This document shows, piece by piece, positions 23,593 through 31,754 of a stretch of 37,987 nucleotides of DNA. The translations under genes and the position numbers were made by a program. The notes below the pieces were generated by a model, which had not been told where the DNA came from, ran no database searches, and saw only the letters and a list, made by a program, of their open reading frames with translations. This DNA is from a virus, in IMG/VR virus record IMGVR_UViG_3300032435_000033, positions 1-37,987 of that record, one strand, 5' to 3'. The stretch's first letter is position 1, and the number at the start of each line of letters is the position of its first letter.

Positions 23593-25776
23593 TTAATTAT
23601 TCATCCGGCGCGCTAAATCAGCCAGCGACGAACGTGGTGATGGGTCTGGTTTTACTTGTATTCGGATTGACGGCATCTGTTGTGCGGCAATCGGTTGCTG
23701 CATAACGACTGGCTTTTTGGTTGTTACTGTCTGAGATGGCAGCTCTGTTGCTGGTGATTCATCTACTAGCTCCTTGACCTCGGCAACCGGCTCGCTGAAA
23801 AGATCAGATTGCAGTAGCTTTTGCTCAATTAAATTCCAGTCATCTGGTGATTTCAAATGCACTCTGCGAGCTCGCGCTGCATGCAAGGCATAAACTTCGC
23901 AATCCCACGCCTCAACTGCGCTGCCAGATTTGCGTTGCCAGACCTTGCGGTTTCTCAATGTTCTATGTGGCGCTTTAACTTCTCCTGTGACCTGGTCGAA
24001 GTAATCTGCCCTGACATGTTTTGATATGTGATAGCGACCAGATCCGACACCGTCAAGCCTCATGTGTGCCGCAATATAATCCTTCGCTTTCCCGGTACCG
24101 ACCAGGTAAATCTTAAGCCCCCACCGATCAGCCTTAATCTGCCTCTTCGCGTTTTTATGATCCACGCTTTTCACGCGAGGCGTTGAAAAAATCTCCGGGT
24201 CCGCCTGGTCAGACGAGCCTTTAATTGCCATGGTCAGGATGTGCGAATATTTCTCACTCATCGCACGCACCCAGCTGTAAACCGCATCGTTGGTATTACC
24301 ATCCGAGCTATCTATCGACACCGCAGAGGGATAAATGCTCACGCCACGCTCGTGTTCTACCGGGCCATACACAACCCTTTCAAGCTCACTCCAAACTGGG
24401 TCGCTCTTATCTGCTGTCGATGTCTCAGCGTAGATCTCTTGCCAAGTGATACCCCAAGACTCTTCCTGACGGCCAAACGCGCGTTTAATAACAGCAATTC
24501 GATTGTGTTGAACATCGATGCCGATCGTTAACAGCAGCCCACCTGCAGGACAAATATTTTCCGGGTAATCCAGCGCCTTGTCGCGCAGCTGATCAGCTGT
24601 AGCGTGATTGCCTTGGTACTCATAGCACTTGGCCATTTTGGAGTTCTGGAAAACAATACGTTCGGTCTCATCGCCGCGGGAGGCTTTGTATTCTGCAGCC
24701 AGATAGTCACGCACAAGATCCGGCACACCGGCACCGGGCAGACAGCTGTACAGCTCTGAGAGATCAACGAATCCTGCTATGCCGTGAAAGCTGCCCGTAG
24801 CCACCCAGCCGTAGTTTGGATCGCCGTCATCTTCTGCTTTACGTACCGTTGAGCGCACGTTTGACTTGCGCTGATAGTCATCCCACGCACTGCCGCAATA
24901 AGGACAAACGTAGACAGCTGTGTCAGGCAGTGCTTTACCGTACACTTCGTGGTTTTCATCTGACGCGTCAGAGAACAGATAACTGACATTGCCCCAATCC
25001 AGCACATGTGTTTCGTTGCAGTCATGGCACGCAATCGGTAGTTGTCTTTTATCAGACTGCTTAATGTGATCTTCGATCTTTGACAAGCCGGTGATTGATG
25101 GTGTACCACCCATCACACGTTTGCTGTTCTTCTGCCTTTTGGTTCGCTCCCACAGCAACTTAATCGCGTTGCCCTGTGCTTTCAAATTGTCGATCGAATC
25201 ATCCGGTTCTTCAACAAACACCACCTTTGCCGGCGTTGATTTAACGGAGCTGATCGATCTGGATCCAACCAGTTTTAGAAAGCCGTTTGCGAACGATTTG
25301 TATAACGTTGTATTTGTTGCTGATCGAGATTTCGATACATCAATTAAAGTACTGATTGCTGGCGTTGATCGTATACATGGCACCAGTTTTTCGTCGTTAA
25401 ACTCCTTGCCGGCTGACTCCTTAGCGAACATGCCAACGATGGCGCAGGGTGCGGTCCGAATCACCTTGAACAGCCAGGCGATAAGCGCAAACGTCCAACC
25501 CATTTGGGCGGCTTTCATAACCACGACTTCTTTTACTTCAGGGTCATCAAGCGCAGCGAAAATGCCGAGCATGTACGGCACGAATTCGTGTAGATCATAC
25601 AGCCCGATGACTGCCCCGCTTTCAGGCGGCAAACGAAATTCAGATTCAGCCCACTCAGCGGTTGGTGGTATCGGCTTCGGTGTCAACTCCTCGACTATCG
25701 CTATCAAAAGATTTGCGAAGTTGTGCTGCACGATCTGCAATGTGTCGCAGGGCAGCACGTATGGGTTCATCGACAT
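23593..25776 (-). CDS. Terminase large subunit, lambda A (GpA) family
   Basis: A ~727-aa protein with PPTAEWAESEFRLPPESGA near the N-terminus and KAAQMGWT (gpA-type Walker-like segment). ATG 25776 is preceded by GAGGA. The maximal ORF starts at TTG 25788. Confidence 0.9.
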   Translation of the reverse strand: MSMNPYVLPCDTLQIVQHNFANLLIAIVEELTPKPIPPTAEWAESEFRLPPESGAVIGLYDLHEFVPYMLGIFAALDDPEVKEVVVMKAAQMGWTFALIAWLFKVIRTAPCAIVGMFAKESAGKEFNDEKLVPCIRSTPAISTLIDVSKSRSATNTTLYKSFANGFLKLVGSRSISSVKSTPAKVVFVEEPDDSIDNLKAQGNAIKLLWERTKRQKNSKRVMGGTPSITGLSKIEDHIKQSDKRQLPIACHDCNETHVLDWGNVSYLFSDASDENHEVYGKALPDTAVYVCPYCGSAWDDYQRKSNVRSTVRKAEDDGDPNYGWVATGSFHGIAGFVDLSELYSCLPGAGVPDLVRDYLAAEYKASRGDETERIVFQNSKMAKCYEYQGNHATADQLRDKALDYPENICPAGGLLLTIGIDVQHNRIAVIKRAFGRQEESWGITWQEIYAETSTADKSDPVWSELERVVYGPVEHERGVSIYPSAVSIDSSDGNTNDAVYSWVRAMSEKYSHILTMAIKGSSDQADPEIFSTPRVKSVDHKNAKRQIKADRWGLKIYLVGTGKAKDYIAAHMRLDGVGSGRYHISKHVRADYFDQVTGEVKAPHRTLRNRKVWQRKSGSAVEAWDCEVYALHAARARRVHLKSPDDWNLIEQKLLQSDLFSEPVAEVKELVDESPATELPSQTVTTKKPVVMQQPIAAQQMPSIRIQVKPDPSPRSSLADLARRMNN

Positions 25777-26185
25777 CAGTTTCCTCAAGGGATAATTTGT
25801 ATTTCGTCTCGATTCCTTCCTGTATTTTTTCTGCGCATTGCAGCATCTGGGTTCGGACGACGGTAGGAAGCTCGAGCAGCAGGTGCTGCACGTCAGCCAG
25901 TTGCAGCAGTTGTCCGGCCGCTACCAGGCGACGTTGTTTTTTCTCTGCCGCATTTTCTTTTGACTCTTCGATTCGGGCGAACGTCAGTTGACCTTGCGCC
26001 TCACCTGATCGACCAGCTGCCTCTTTGCGCAACTGGTCACAATACAAGTACAGCCACTCGCCAACTGTCCCATCGCGAGTCAGCACACCTGACTTGACCC
26101 TGTCCGCGATCGCTTGCTGGCTGACTCCAACCAGTGCAGCGAAGTTGGTCTGCGTAGAGGTTGCGCTAAGATCAACAGTGGACAA
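25655..26185 (-). CDS. Terminase small subunit (HTH-containing)
   Basis: It lies directly upstream of terL. The N-terminus has the HTH-like NFAALVGVSQQAIADRVKSG. The start is TTG with AAGAGG 8 nt upstream. Confidence 0.65.
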   Translation of the reverse strand: MSTVDLSATSTQTNFAALVGVSQQAIADRVKSGVLTRDGTVGEWLYLYCDQLRKEAAGRSGEAQGQLTFARIEESKENAAEKKQRRLVAAGQLLQLADVQHLLLELPTVVRTQMLQCAEKIQEGIETKYKLSLEETDVDEPIRAALRHIADRAAQLRKSFDSDSRGVDTEADTTNR

Positions 26186-26302
26186 GTTAATACCTCTTAT
26201 AATTCATATGAATACAGTAACAACCCCCTATAGAGCTGCAAAACTAGGCGAAATCTGCGAGTCTACCGCCCGTATGCCTGTAGGGTGCTGGGAAGGACCC
26301 TT

Positions 26303-26584
26303 TTAGTTTTGCGCCGAACCGGACCCGGAAGCCGATGGCGCAACTTCTGAATCGACAATCACATCGATGACTTTGCAAACGTCCAACACAGGAACGCCGA
26401 CTGATCTCAGCGCGAACCGAGCTGCTGCTCGAATACCCATCAAGCCATCACCACAATACCAGGCTCTGTCGTCCTGCAGGCCAGCGGTAATATCTCCGGG
26501 CTGGTATCCATCTTTAAGGTTCTGCGATACAAAACCGCAAGCAGTCGTCAGGCTCAAAGCAATTAACATCAGTGCTATACGCAT
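26303..26584 (-). CDS. Putative lipoprotein (o-spanin candidate or other periplasmic lipoprotein)
   Basis: It has a signal peptide, MRIALMLIALSLTTA|C, with a lipobox-like end. It is the last gene of the lysis cluster. Confidence 0.55.
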   Translation of the reverse strand: MRIALMLIALSLTTACGFVSQNLKDGYQPGDITAGLQDDRAWYCGDGLMGIRAAARFALRSVGVPVLDVCKVIDVIVDSEVAPSASGSGSAQN

Positions 26585-27246
26585 CGCTCATACTCCATCA
26601 TGCAATCAACCATGTCGTGATCACTGACCCGTTGGAACAGCGTGGGTAAGCGATCGAAGAACCGGAATACGCTGCCGGGATCCATCAATTTCTTTTGTCT
26701 ATTTGATAGGTAAAGCAATGAACCTGCATGGCTATAACCCAGCATGGGTTTTCTCGGAACCACATCAGAGCCATTCACCACGCGCAGATATTCACCGTAA
26801 AGCGCCAGGCGCAATTCAGCAGTAGTGCTGACACGCGGCTGACCAAATGTAATGACTTTGATTGGCGCTGGTCTCAACGCAACAGCAACCAGCACCGCGA
26901 TTGCTCCACCAAGTGAGTGGCCGGATAGCACCGGTGTCTGGTTTGGAAACTCAGCGATCAGTGAGCGCACCTGATCCATCACTGATTCGGAGGCTTCCGA
27001 AAATCCTTTGTGCGCTCGGATACCAAAATGGTTTTTCTTTAGAATTTTGAAATTGCTTAGCCAGTGCTTTTTGTTCTGAGACCCACGAAAAACTAAGTAC
27101 AAATTATCAGCCGTGATATAAGCCATGCCGAAAGTTTCTGTCTTTCTATCAGAGATTCGCTCATAACCAATCACGCCAACGTTATCGGGAACAGTTTCAC
27201 TGTAGACCGCCAGACTTAGATGCGCGCATGTCTCAATGATGTCCAT
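26575..27246 (-). CDS. Class 3 lipase / alpha-beta hydrolase
   Basis: It has the nucleophile elbow VLSGHSLGGAIAV, NGSDVVPRKP (acid residue motif of Lipase_3) and YSHAG. It is translationally coupled (TAATG) to the upstream membrane protein gene. Confidence 0.8.
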   Translation of the reverse strand: MDIIETCAHLSLAVYSETVPDNVGVIGYERISDRKTETFGMAYITADNLYLVFRGSQNKKHWLSNFKILKKNHFGIRAHKGFSEASESVMDQVRSLIAEFPNQTPVLSGHSLGGAIAVLVAVALRPAPIKVITFGQPRVSTTAELRLALYGEYLRVVNGSDVVPRKPMLGYSHAGSLLYLSNRQKKLMDPGSVFRFFDRLPTLFQRVSDHDMVDCMMEYERCV

Positions 27247-27536
27247 TAGTGAGAGCTGTCTGGTATTGTAATGTTCAAAGTCCCAAGCAACCGGCTCAGT
27301 ACTCTGTCGTGCGTACCCAGTGTAATGCTGTGTTTGTTAAGTTGCCGGGTAAGCACATCAATATCTTCTTTATGTTCTCTGTCGTACCGAGCGAAATCCG
27401 CAGCAATATGATCAGTAGTTTGTTTTACTGATCTCAACATAAGAGCCTGATGCCACAGGAATATAAAAAACACTATTACCTGCGCCAACAGAAACAGCAT
27501 TACTGCAACCATCGGACCTATCAGGTATTCGGGCAT
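27246..27536 (-). CDS. Single-pass membrane protein with helical tail (holin or i-spanin candidate)
   Basis: A hydrophobic N-terminal stretch (IGPMVAVMLFLLAQVIVFFIFLW) is followed by a charged helical region. The gene lies in the lysis cluster. Confidence 0.55.
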   Translation of the reverse strand: MPEYLIGPMVAVMLFLLAQVIVFFIFLWHQALMLRSVKQTTDHIAADFARYDREHKEDIDVLTRQLNKHSITLGTHDRVLSRLLGTLNITIPDSSH

Positions 27537-28039
27537 TACGCGATATCCTCAACCGTCAGATAAACTTGTCGGCCGCCATTTATCTCAGCGACCATCTCCT
27601 TGTAAATCTCCTCATACGCAGCAACGCTATCCTGCAAAAATCCAGCACGCCATCGGTTGTCGCGCACACCTCTCCCAACAAGAATGCAGCCCTCTGTGTG
27701 CGTATGCTCATTGCCTGGGTGGATATAGATCCACTCGAAGCCGGGAACGTTTTGCAACCACAGCATGCCCTCATGAAACGGGTACCGCTGTGCATACTTT
27801 GGATGCATACCACCAGCAGTTCGCAGTTTGATCTGATAGCTGCCCGCAGGTATTCGTGTCTGGCCGTTGACCTTTTTATCTCGATGCTCATCTTCCAGCG
27901 TGAAGCAGCGGAACTCCAAGCGATCGCCGATCATCCGGTGCATCAGACCCAGTGTGCATTGATCGCCAGAGGAGAACCGGTGCAGCTTGAAATCTACTCG
28001 CATACCCATTCTCCTTAGTAAGCTGATCAAGCGTTCCAT
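27536..28039 (-). CDS. DUF5675-like protein with YkuD (L,D-transpeptidase)-like H..G...GC motif; endolysin candidate
   Basis: ...TLEDEH...RIPAGSYQIKL...VPGFEWIYIHPGNEHTHTEGCILVG.... It is the first gene after the late-operon terminators, where an endolysin or holin is expected. Confidence 0.5.
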   Translation of the reverse strand: MERLISLLRRMGMRVDFKLHRFSSGDQCTLGLMHRMIGDRLEFRCFTLEDEHRDKKVNGQTRIPAGSYQIKLRTAGGMHPKYAQRYPFHEGMLWLQNVPGFEWIYIHPGNEHTHTEGCILVGRGVRDNRWRAGFLQDSVAAYEEIYKEMVAEINGGRQVYLTVEDIA

Positions 28040-28068
28040 TGCTGGTCCGTTTATTGGAAATCAGAAGT

Positions 28069-28090
28069 AAAAAAGCCCACCGAAGTGGGC
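28069..28090 (-). terminator. Rho-independent terminator (minus strand)
   Basis: GCCCAC-CGAA-GTGGGC, followed on the minus strand by six T (the A-run at 28069-28074 on the + strand). Confidence 0.6.
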
Positions 28091-28116
28091 AATCAAAGAG
28101 TTACTTTCCCTGTCGC

Positions 28117-28153
28117 AAAAAAAAACCGGCTTGGATTACTCCGGCCGGTTTTT
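28117..28153 (-). terminator. Hairpin flanked by A9 and T5 (bidirectional-type terminator)
   Basis: AAAAACCGGC (28121-28130) pairs with GCCGGTTTTT (28144-28153), with a 13-nt loop. Confidence 0.5.
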
Positions 28154-28237
28154 CGCACAATGGGAATTCTAGTCTCAAATCCGCGCACGTCAATGGCGAC
28201 AAGGCGTTAATCAATCTTTGCTTGGCGCTTTTCAAGG

Positions 28238-28503
28238 GGTGTCCCATGAATGGGTCACTTTTTTAATGCAATGGGTCGCTGGGTAGCCAGCAACCATGCA
28301 GGGTGTCCCAGGTGTCCCATGTGTCCCATCTATTTTTGTAAAGTGTCAGGATTCACAAAGATTTAAAGATTATTCGCTTTTGAACTTAGTAACATTCTAT
28401 TTATGGAAGGTTTTAGTATTTACAGAGAACACATGGGACACCTGGGACACCCCGCGCAACTACTGGGTTGTGGGCGTCCCAGTCGGGAACGAGGTTGGGA
28501 CAA
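28238..28503. repeat. Iteron array: ~10 copies of GGTGTCCCA in direct and inverted orientation around a ~100-bp AT-rich core
   Basis: Direct copies: 28238-46, 28302-10, 28311-19, 28320-28 (1 mismatch) and 28473-81 (1 mismatch). Inverted TGGGACACC copies: 28434-42 and 28443-51. Degenerate inverted copies: 28251-58, 28272-79 and 28496-502. The AT-rich core is 28329-28433. Confidence 0.75.
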
Positions 28504-28620
28504 AACATCGATTGCAAAAATTAGGCGCAAAGAAAAACCTTCCCAGATAAGGGAATTTTAAAAAACATCCATGTAGACGTGCCGCAGCCTGTGCTTCCGT
28601 TGCAGTGCTACAGCAGCTTG

Positions 28621-29217
28621 TCAGTCATCCACTTCTTTTAACTCGGCCTCCAGATGCGAAGTGAGATCGCATTGCCAGGCCCGCACGGCACGCAACCCTG
28701 CAGAACGCGCTGCAGAATAACGCCGGGAATAGGATCTACCGTTCAAGCCAGCAGCCTTTGCTCGCTTGAAGTCGGACCACTTACCGACCCCGTGACCTTC
28801 ACACTTCAGGCACGTCGTCAGCACCCGTCTCTGCTTAGTACAAGAGACCACTGCCCCATGGGTCTCACCAGTCTTTAGGGGCACGCTATAGACCATACCT
28901 GAGCCGTTGCACGTGCTGCATCGAGTATGATCAAACAGTTCGCCCATAGCGGAACGAACCAAACCATCAAGCACCACGGGGTCCATAGTGGATCCCTCAC
29001 AAATGATTGCCTGACGAACACCGTACTCTAAAACCGCTCGGGCCTTAGAGTCTCCTGTGTACAGATATAAAGCTAAATTCACGGGGTAGGAGCCTAACCC
29101 GTTTGCCAGGGCGGCCGCAACCACGCTGGGCGTAATGTCAGGGACGCCACCGCGCCCGGTGGACTGGAAATCAATTCCGCGTGGTGAAAGTAAACGTAAC
29201 ACTGATATCCCCATCAC
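28621..29217 (-). CDS. Q-like late-gene antiterminator candidate (zinc-finger protein)
   Basis: CSTCNGSG...(34 aa)...CLKCEGHG parallels the CxxCxGxG...CxxCxGxG of lambda Q. It is the last early gene, directly upstream of an intergenic region with terminators and then the lysis/late genes. Confidence 0.45.
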   Translation of the reverse strand: MMGISVLRLLSPRGIDFQSTGRGGVPDITPSVVAAALANGLGSYPVNLALYLYTGDSKARAVLEYGVRQAIICEGSTMDPVVLDGLVRSAMGELFDHTRCSTCNGSGMVYSVPLKTGETHGAVVSCTKQRRVLTTCLKCEGHGVGKWSDFKRAKAAGLNGRSYSRRYSAARSAGLRAVRAWQCDLTSHLEAELKEVDD

Positions 29218-31397
29218 TTTTCTCCTAAGTTGTTTACGCGCTCATACTTCCAAACCCGGTCATGCTTGCCGCTGGCAGGGGTTCTTCCTCGTTTGACTCG
29301 ATGCCAGTTAAGCTTCTGCATGATCTGCGCCAGCCTCAGCTGCTCAGGCTTTCTGAATTGCGCGGGCTCCATTCTCAACGCCCCCATAAATATTTCAGCC
29401 AGAGTAAAAGCAGATGTTTGAATCTGGCCGGCATCCTCAACCCAGTCCTGAATCAATGTTTCCCAACTGTCAACTTCCAGCCGGTCTTCCTGCTCTGCCT
29501 GGAACAAATCAACCTCATTAGGCAAAACGTGCCATGCCACACCCATCTGATACCAGTGATAGGCTTCCGCCCAAAGCTGGTCACGATCAGCCTGCAGGGA
29601 CTCCAGATCAATCTCAGTACATTTGATTGGCCAGTAGCGTCGATTGCCAGTGAAGTCTTTGAAGTAAGCTTCCTGATTCGTGGTCCCACCAAAGACACAT
29701 TGCCTGGGAAAATCCTGCGCACGTCGATCATAAACCGGCCGGTACCGGTCAGTCGCTGAGCTGAAAAAACCTTTAGCACGACTGCTTTCGGCCTTGTTAA
29801 ATGAATCAAGTTCCGCCAGCTCGCAGATCCAGACACCCTGCATCTGTTGGTACCCATCTTTGTCGCCCAGTTGAAAGTGCGTGTCTGAATACCAGTCGCC
29901 GCCAAGTATGGAAAACACGGTTGACTTACCAAGGCCCTGGTCGCCTTCAAGGATCAGCAAATTATCTACCTTCACCGGATGCATCATTACCCTGGCCACG
30001 GCACCCAAAAACCATTTGCGGCTGACTGCTGACGCGTATGCGTTATCCTCAGCGCCCAAGTAATCGGCAGCAAATCCATGCAGTCTCATTTGCTTATCCC
30101 AACGCAATGACTTTAGGAAATTCTTTACTGGATGAAAGGCATTATCACGGGCAACCATATCGATTGCCTTTTCCAGCGCGCTGTCATGAGCGGATATGCC
30201 ATAGTGCTCAGCAAGCCAAACGTCAGTGCGATTCGTATCATCAGTGATCCATTCGTTGTTGGCTGGCTTGTGCGCCCCCTGTGGGAACGGTGGCGTTTTT
30301 CGCTTGATTACTCGATATGAAAGCTGACAGAAGCCAAGCACGTCAGCCCATGCCTGATCGTTAGAGAGAATCATATAGATATTGCGAGGATCCGCGCACA
30401 GAGTCCCTGTACCAGTGCGTTTTAGTTTCTGCCGCCAGTGGTTGAGCTCCGATTGCACCTGCTTAAAACACTCACGAACCGCCTGCTGGCCTTCAGATAC
30501 ATGCAGATCGTTGAAATCAACATCAGCATCTTTGCGGTTTTTGAACTTAGGTTTTACTAAATAGCCCTTGAGATCCAGTGTGGCTTTTGTTGCCTGACCG
30601 AGCCCTGGATTGTACGGCAGCCCTTTGGGGTCGGTAGTGCGCCAGTCGTCGTCAGCACAGAAGAGCATTGGGCAATCTGGATGTAATGAGCGGATAGCAT
30701 GTGATGCCGGCACAATGTTTCCGCTGTTAAAAACCACTGCAACCGGGTACCCAGTCGATTCATGTATGCTGGCCGCGGTGGCATATCCTTCGGCGATACA
30801 GATTGGTTTGCCAGATTTAACTTCACCAACCATGAAGAAGTTTCCAGCCACCGACATACCTGGAGGCCAAAAGAATTTATCGCGCCCCCCTTCATCCTTT
30901 TTGTTATTGATGAACTGCAAACCCATCACGGATCCGTAGACATTAAAAAGGGGCACCACTACGGCCCCTGCTTTGCTGTACCTGACTCCGTGGCCTTTCA
31001 CCATTTTGCGTGCCAGGTAATCGGAATCACCGGATGATAGTGCCGATCGCTCCCAGTATCTCCATGCGGATTTTGCAGCCTTGCCGGCAGCTTCAGTGCG
31101 AAGATTTTCCGCGATCCGTTTGTTCTCAGCTATGCGCGCATTTATCTGTGCCCGTTCGTCTTTCGTTGCCCCCAGTCCTTTAAGCCAGACCTTTTGAGAA
31201 TCGCCTTTTTTCCAGCTGCCATACGCGCCGGTGATGATCGTTTTACCTGTTGATATCCCGAATTCGAACAATGAGTACCAGCCATTTTTACTGTGAGGTC
31301 TGTCCCCTTTGACATCAACACGCTTGAGCTTGCCGATCTCCGGTTGATCGATGATCAATCCATAGTCACGCAGTTGGCTCAGTACATCATCAATCAT
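29214..31397 (-). CDS. Primase-helicase (TOPRIM primase + P4-alpha/D5-type P-loop NTPase)
   Basis: It has a TOPRIM-like ICIAEGYATAASIHE...LFCADDD and a Walker A LILEGDQGLGKST. ATG 31397 overlaps the upstream TGA (ATGA). Confidence 0.85.
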   Translation of the reverse strand: MIDDVLSQLRDYGLIIDQPEIGKLKRVDVKGDRPHSKNGWYSLFEFGISTGKTIITGAYGSWKKGDSQKVWLKGLGATKDERAQINARIAENKRIAENLRTEAAGKAAKSAWRYWERSALSSGDSDYLARKMVKGHGVRYSKAGAVVVPLFNVYGSVMGLQFINNKKDEGGRDKFFWPPGMSVAGNFFMVGEVKSGKPICIAEGYATAASIHESTGYPVAVVFNSGNIVPASHAIRSLHPDCPMLFCADDDWRTTDPKGLPYNPGLGQATKATLDLKGYLVKPKFKNRKDADVDFNDLHVSEGQQAVRECFKQVQSELNHWRQKLKRTGTGTLCADPRNIYMILSNDQAWADVLGFCQLSYRVIKRKTPPFPQGAHKPANNEWITDDTNRTDVWLAEHYGISAHDSALEKAIDMVARDNAFHPVKNFLKSLRWDKQMRLHGFAADYLGAEDNAYASAVSRKWFLGAVARVMMHPVKVDNLLILEGDQGLGKSTVFSILGGDWYSDTHFQLGDKDGYQQMQGVWICELAELDSFNKAESSRAKGFFSSATDRYRPVYDRRAQDFPRQCVFGGTTNQEAYFKDFTGNRRYWPIKCTEIDLESLQADRDQLWAEAYHWYQMGVAWHVLPNEVDLFQAEQEDRLEVDSWETLIQDWVEDAGQIQTSAFTLAEIFMGALRMEPAQFRKPEQLRLAQIMQKLNWHRVKRGRTPASGKHDRVWKYERVNNLGEK

Positions 31398-31612
31398 CTG
31401 CGAAGCTCCACAAATGACTGACAATCAAAGCAAAGGAGAGTCCACGGTAAAAGTTTTAAGCGCTGCGCGGGAATTGGATAGCCGCAATCATTGCAATCGC
31501 GCTCTGTGCATCTGGGTGCAGCATCCTGCAGCTCTCTGCGCCGGCGGATGCCCTGCTCCATTCTGTCAGTCTGTGCCTGCAAGCTCTCATTTGCGCGATC
31601 AATGTCATCCAT
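31394..31612 (-). CDS. TraR/DksA-family C4 zinc-finger protein
   Basis: CNDCGYPIPAQRLKLLPWTLLCFDCQ matches the CxxCGxxIPxxR...CxxCQ of the phage/plasmid TraR family. ATG 31612 (MDDIDRANE...). Confidence 0.75.
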   Translation of the reverse strand: MDDIDRANESLQAQTDRMEQGIRRRRELQDAAPRCTERDCNDCGYPIPAQRLKLLPWTLLCFDCQSFVELRR

Positions 31613-31622
31613 AATCTGGCTC

Positions 31623-31754
31623 TCAAAACTTAAACAGAGGTAACGCAGCGAGGGCATTATCGAAAAAGCTACTAAGCAGCTTTTTCGCATGACATACCGG
31701 CCGAACCCCTGCGCCTAACCAATCAGAGCAAAAGTTGTTTTGGTTGGTGTCCAT
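31623..31754 (-). CDS. Small hypothetical protein (43 aa, below the ORF-track cutoff)
   Basis: ATG 31754 lies 6 nt after AAGGAG. The translation is MDTNQNNFCSDWLGAGVRPVCHAKKLLSSFFDNALAALPLFKF, with stop TGA at 31623-25. Confidence 0.4.
   Translation of the reverse strand: MDTNQNNFCSDWLGAGVRPVCHAKKLLSSFFDNALAALPLFKF

Noticed and set aside
25091-25795. 234-aa plus-strand ORF
   Set aside because: It is antisense to the terminase large subunit gene, which has strong family motifs.
28238-28503. Possible CRISPR array
   Set aside because: The repeat units are only 9 bp, occur in both orientations and are partly abutting. There are no uniform spacers and no cas genes.
28296-28550. 84-aa + strand ORF (MQGVPGVPCVPS...)
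   Set aside because: Its repetitive peptide is a by-product of translating the GGTGTCCCA iterons. It has no RBS and lies in a regulatory intergenic region.
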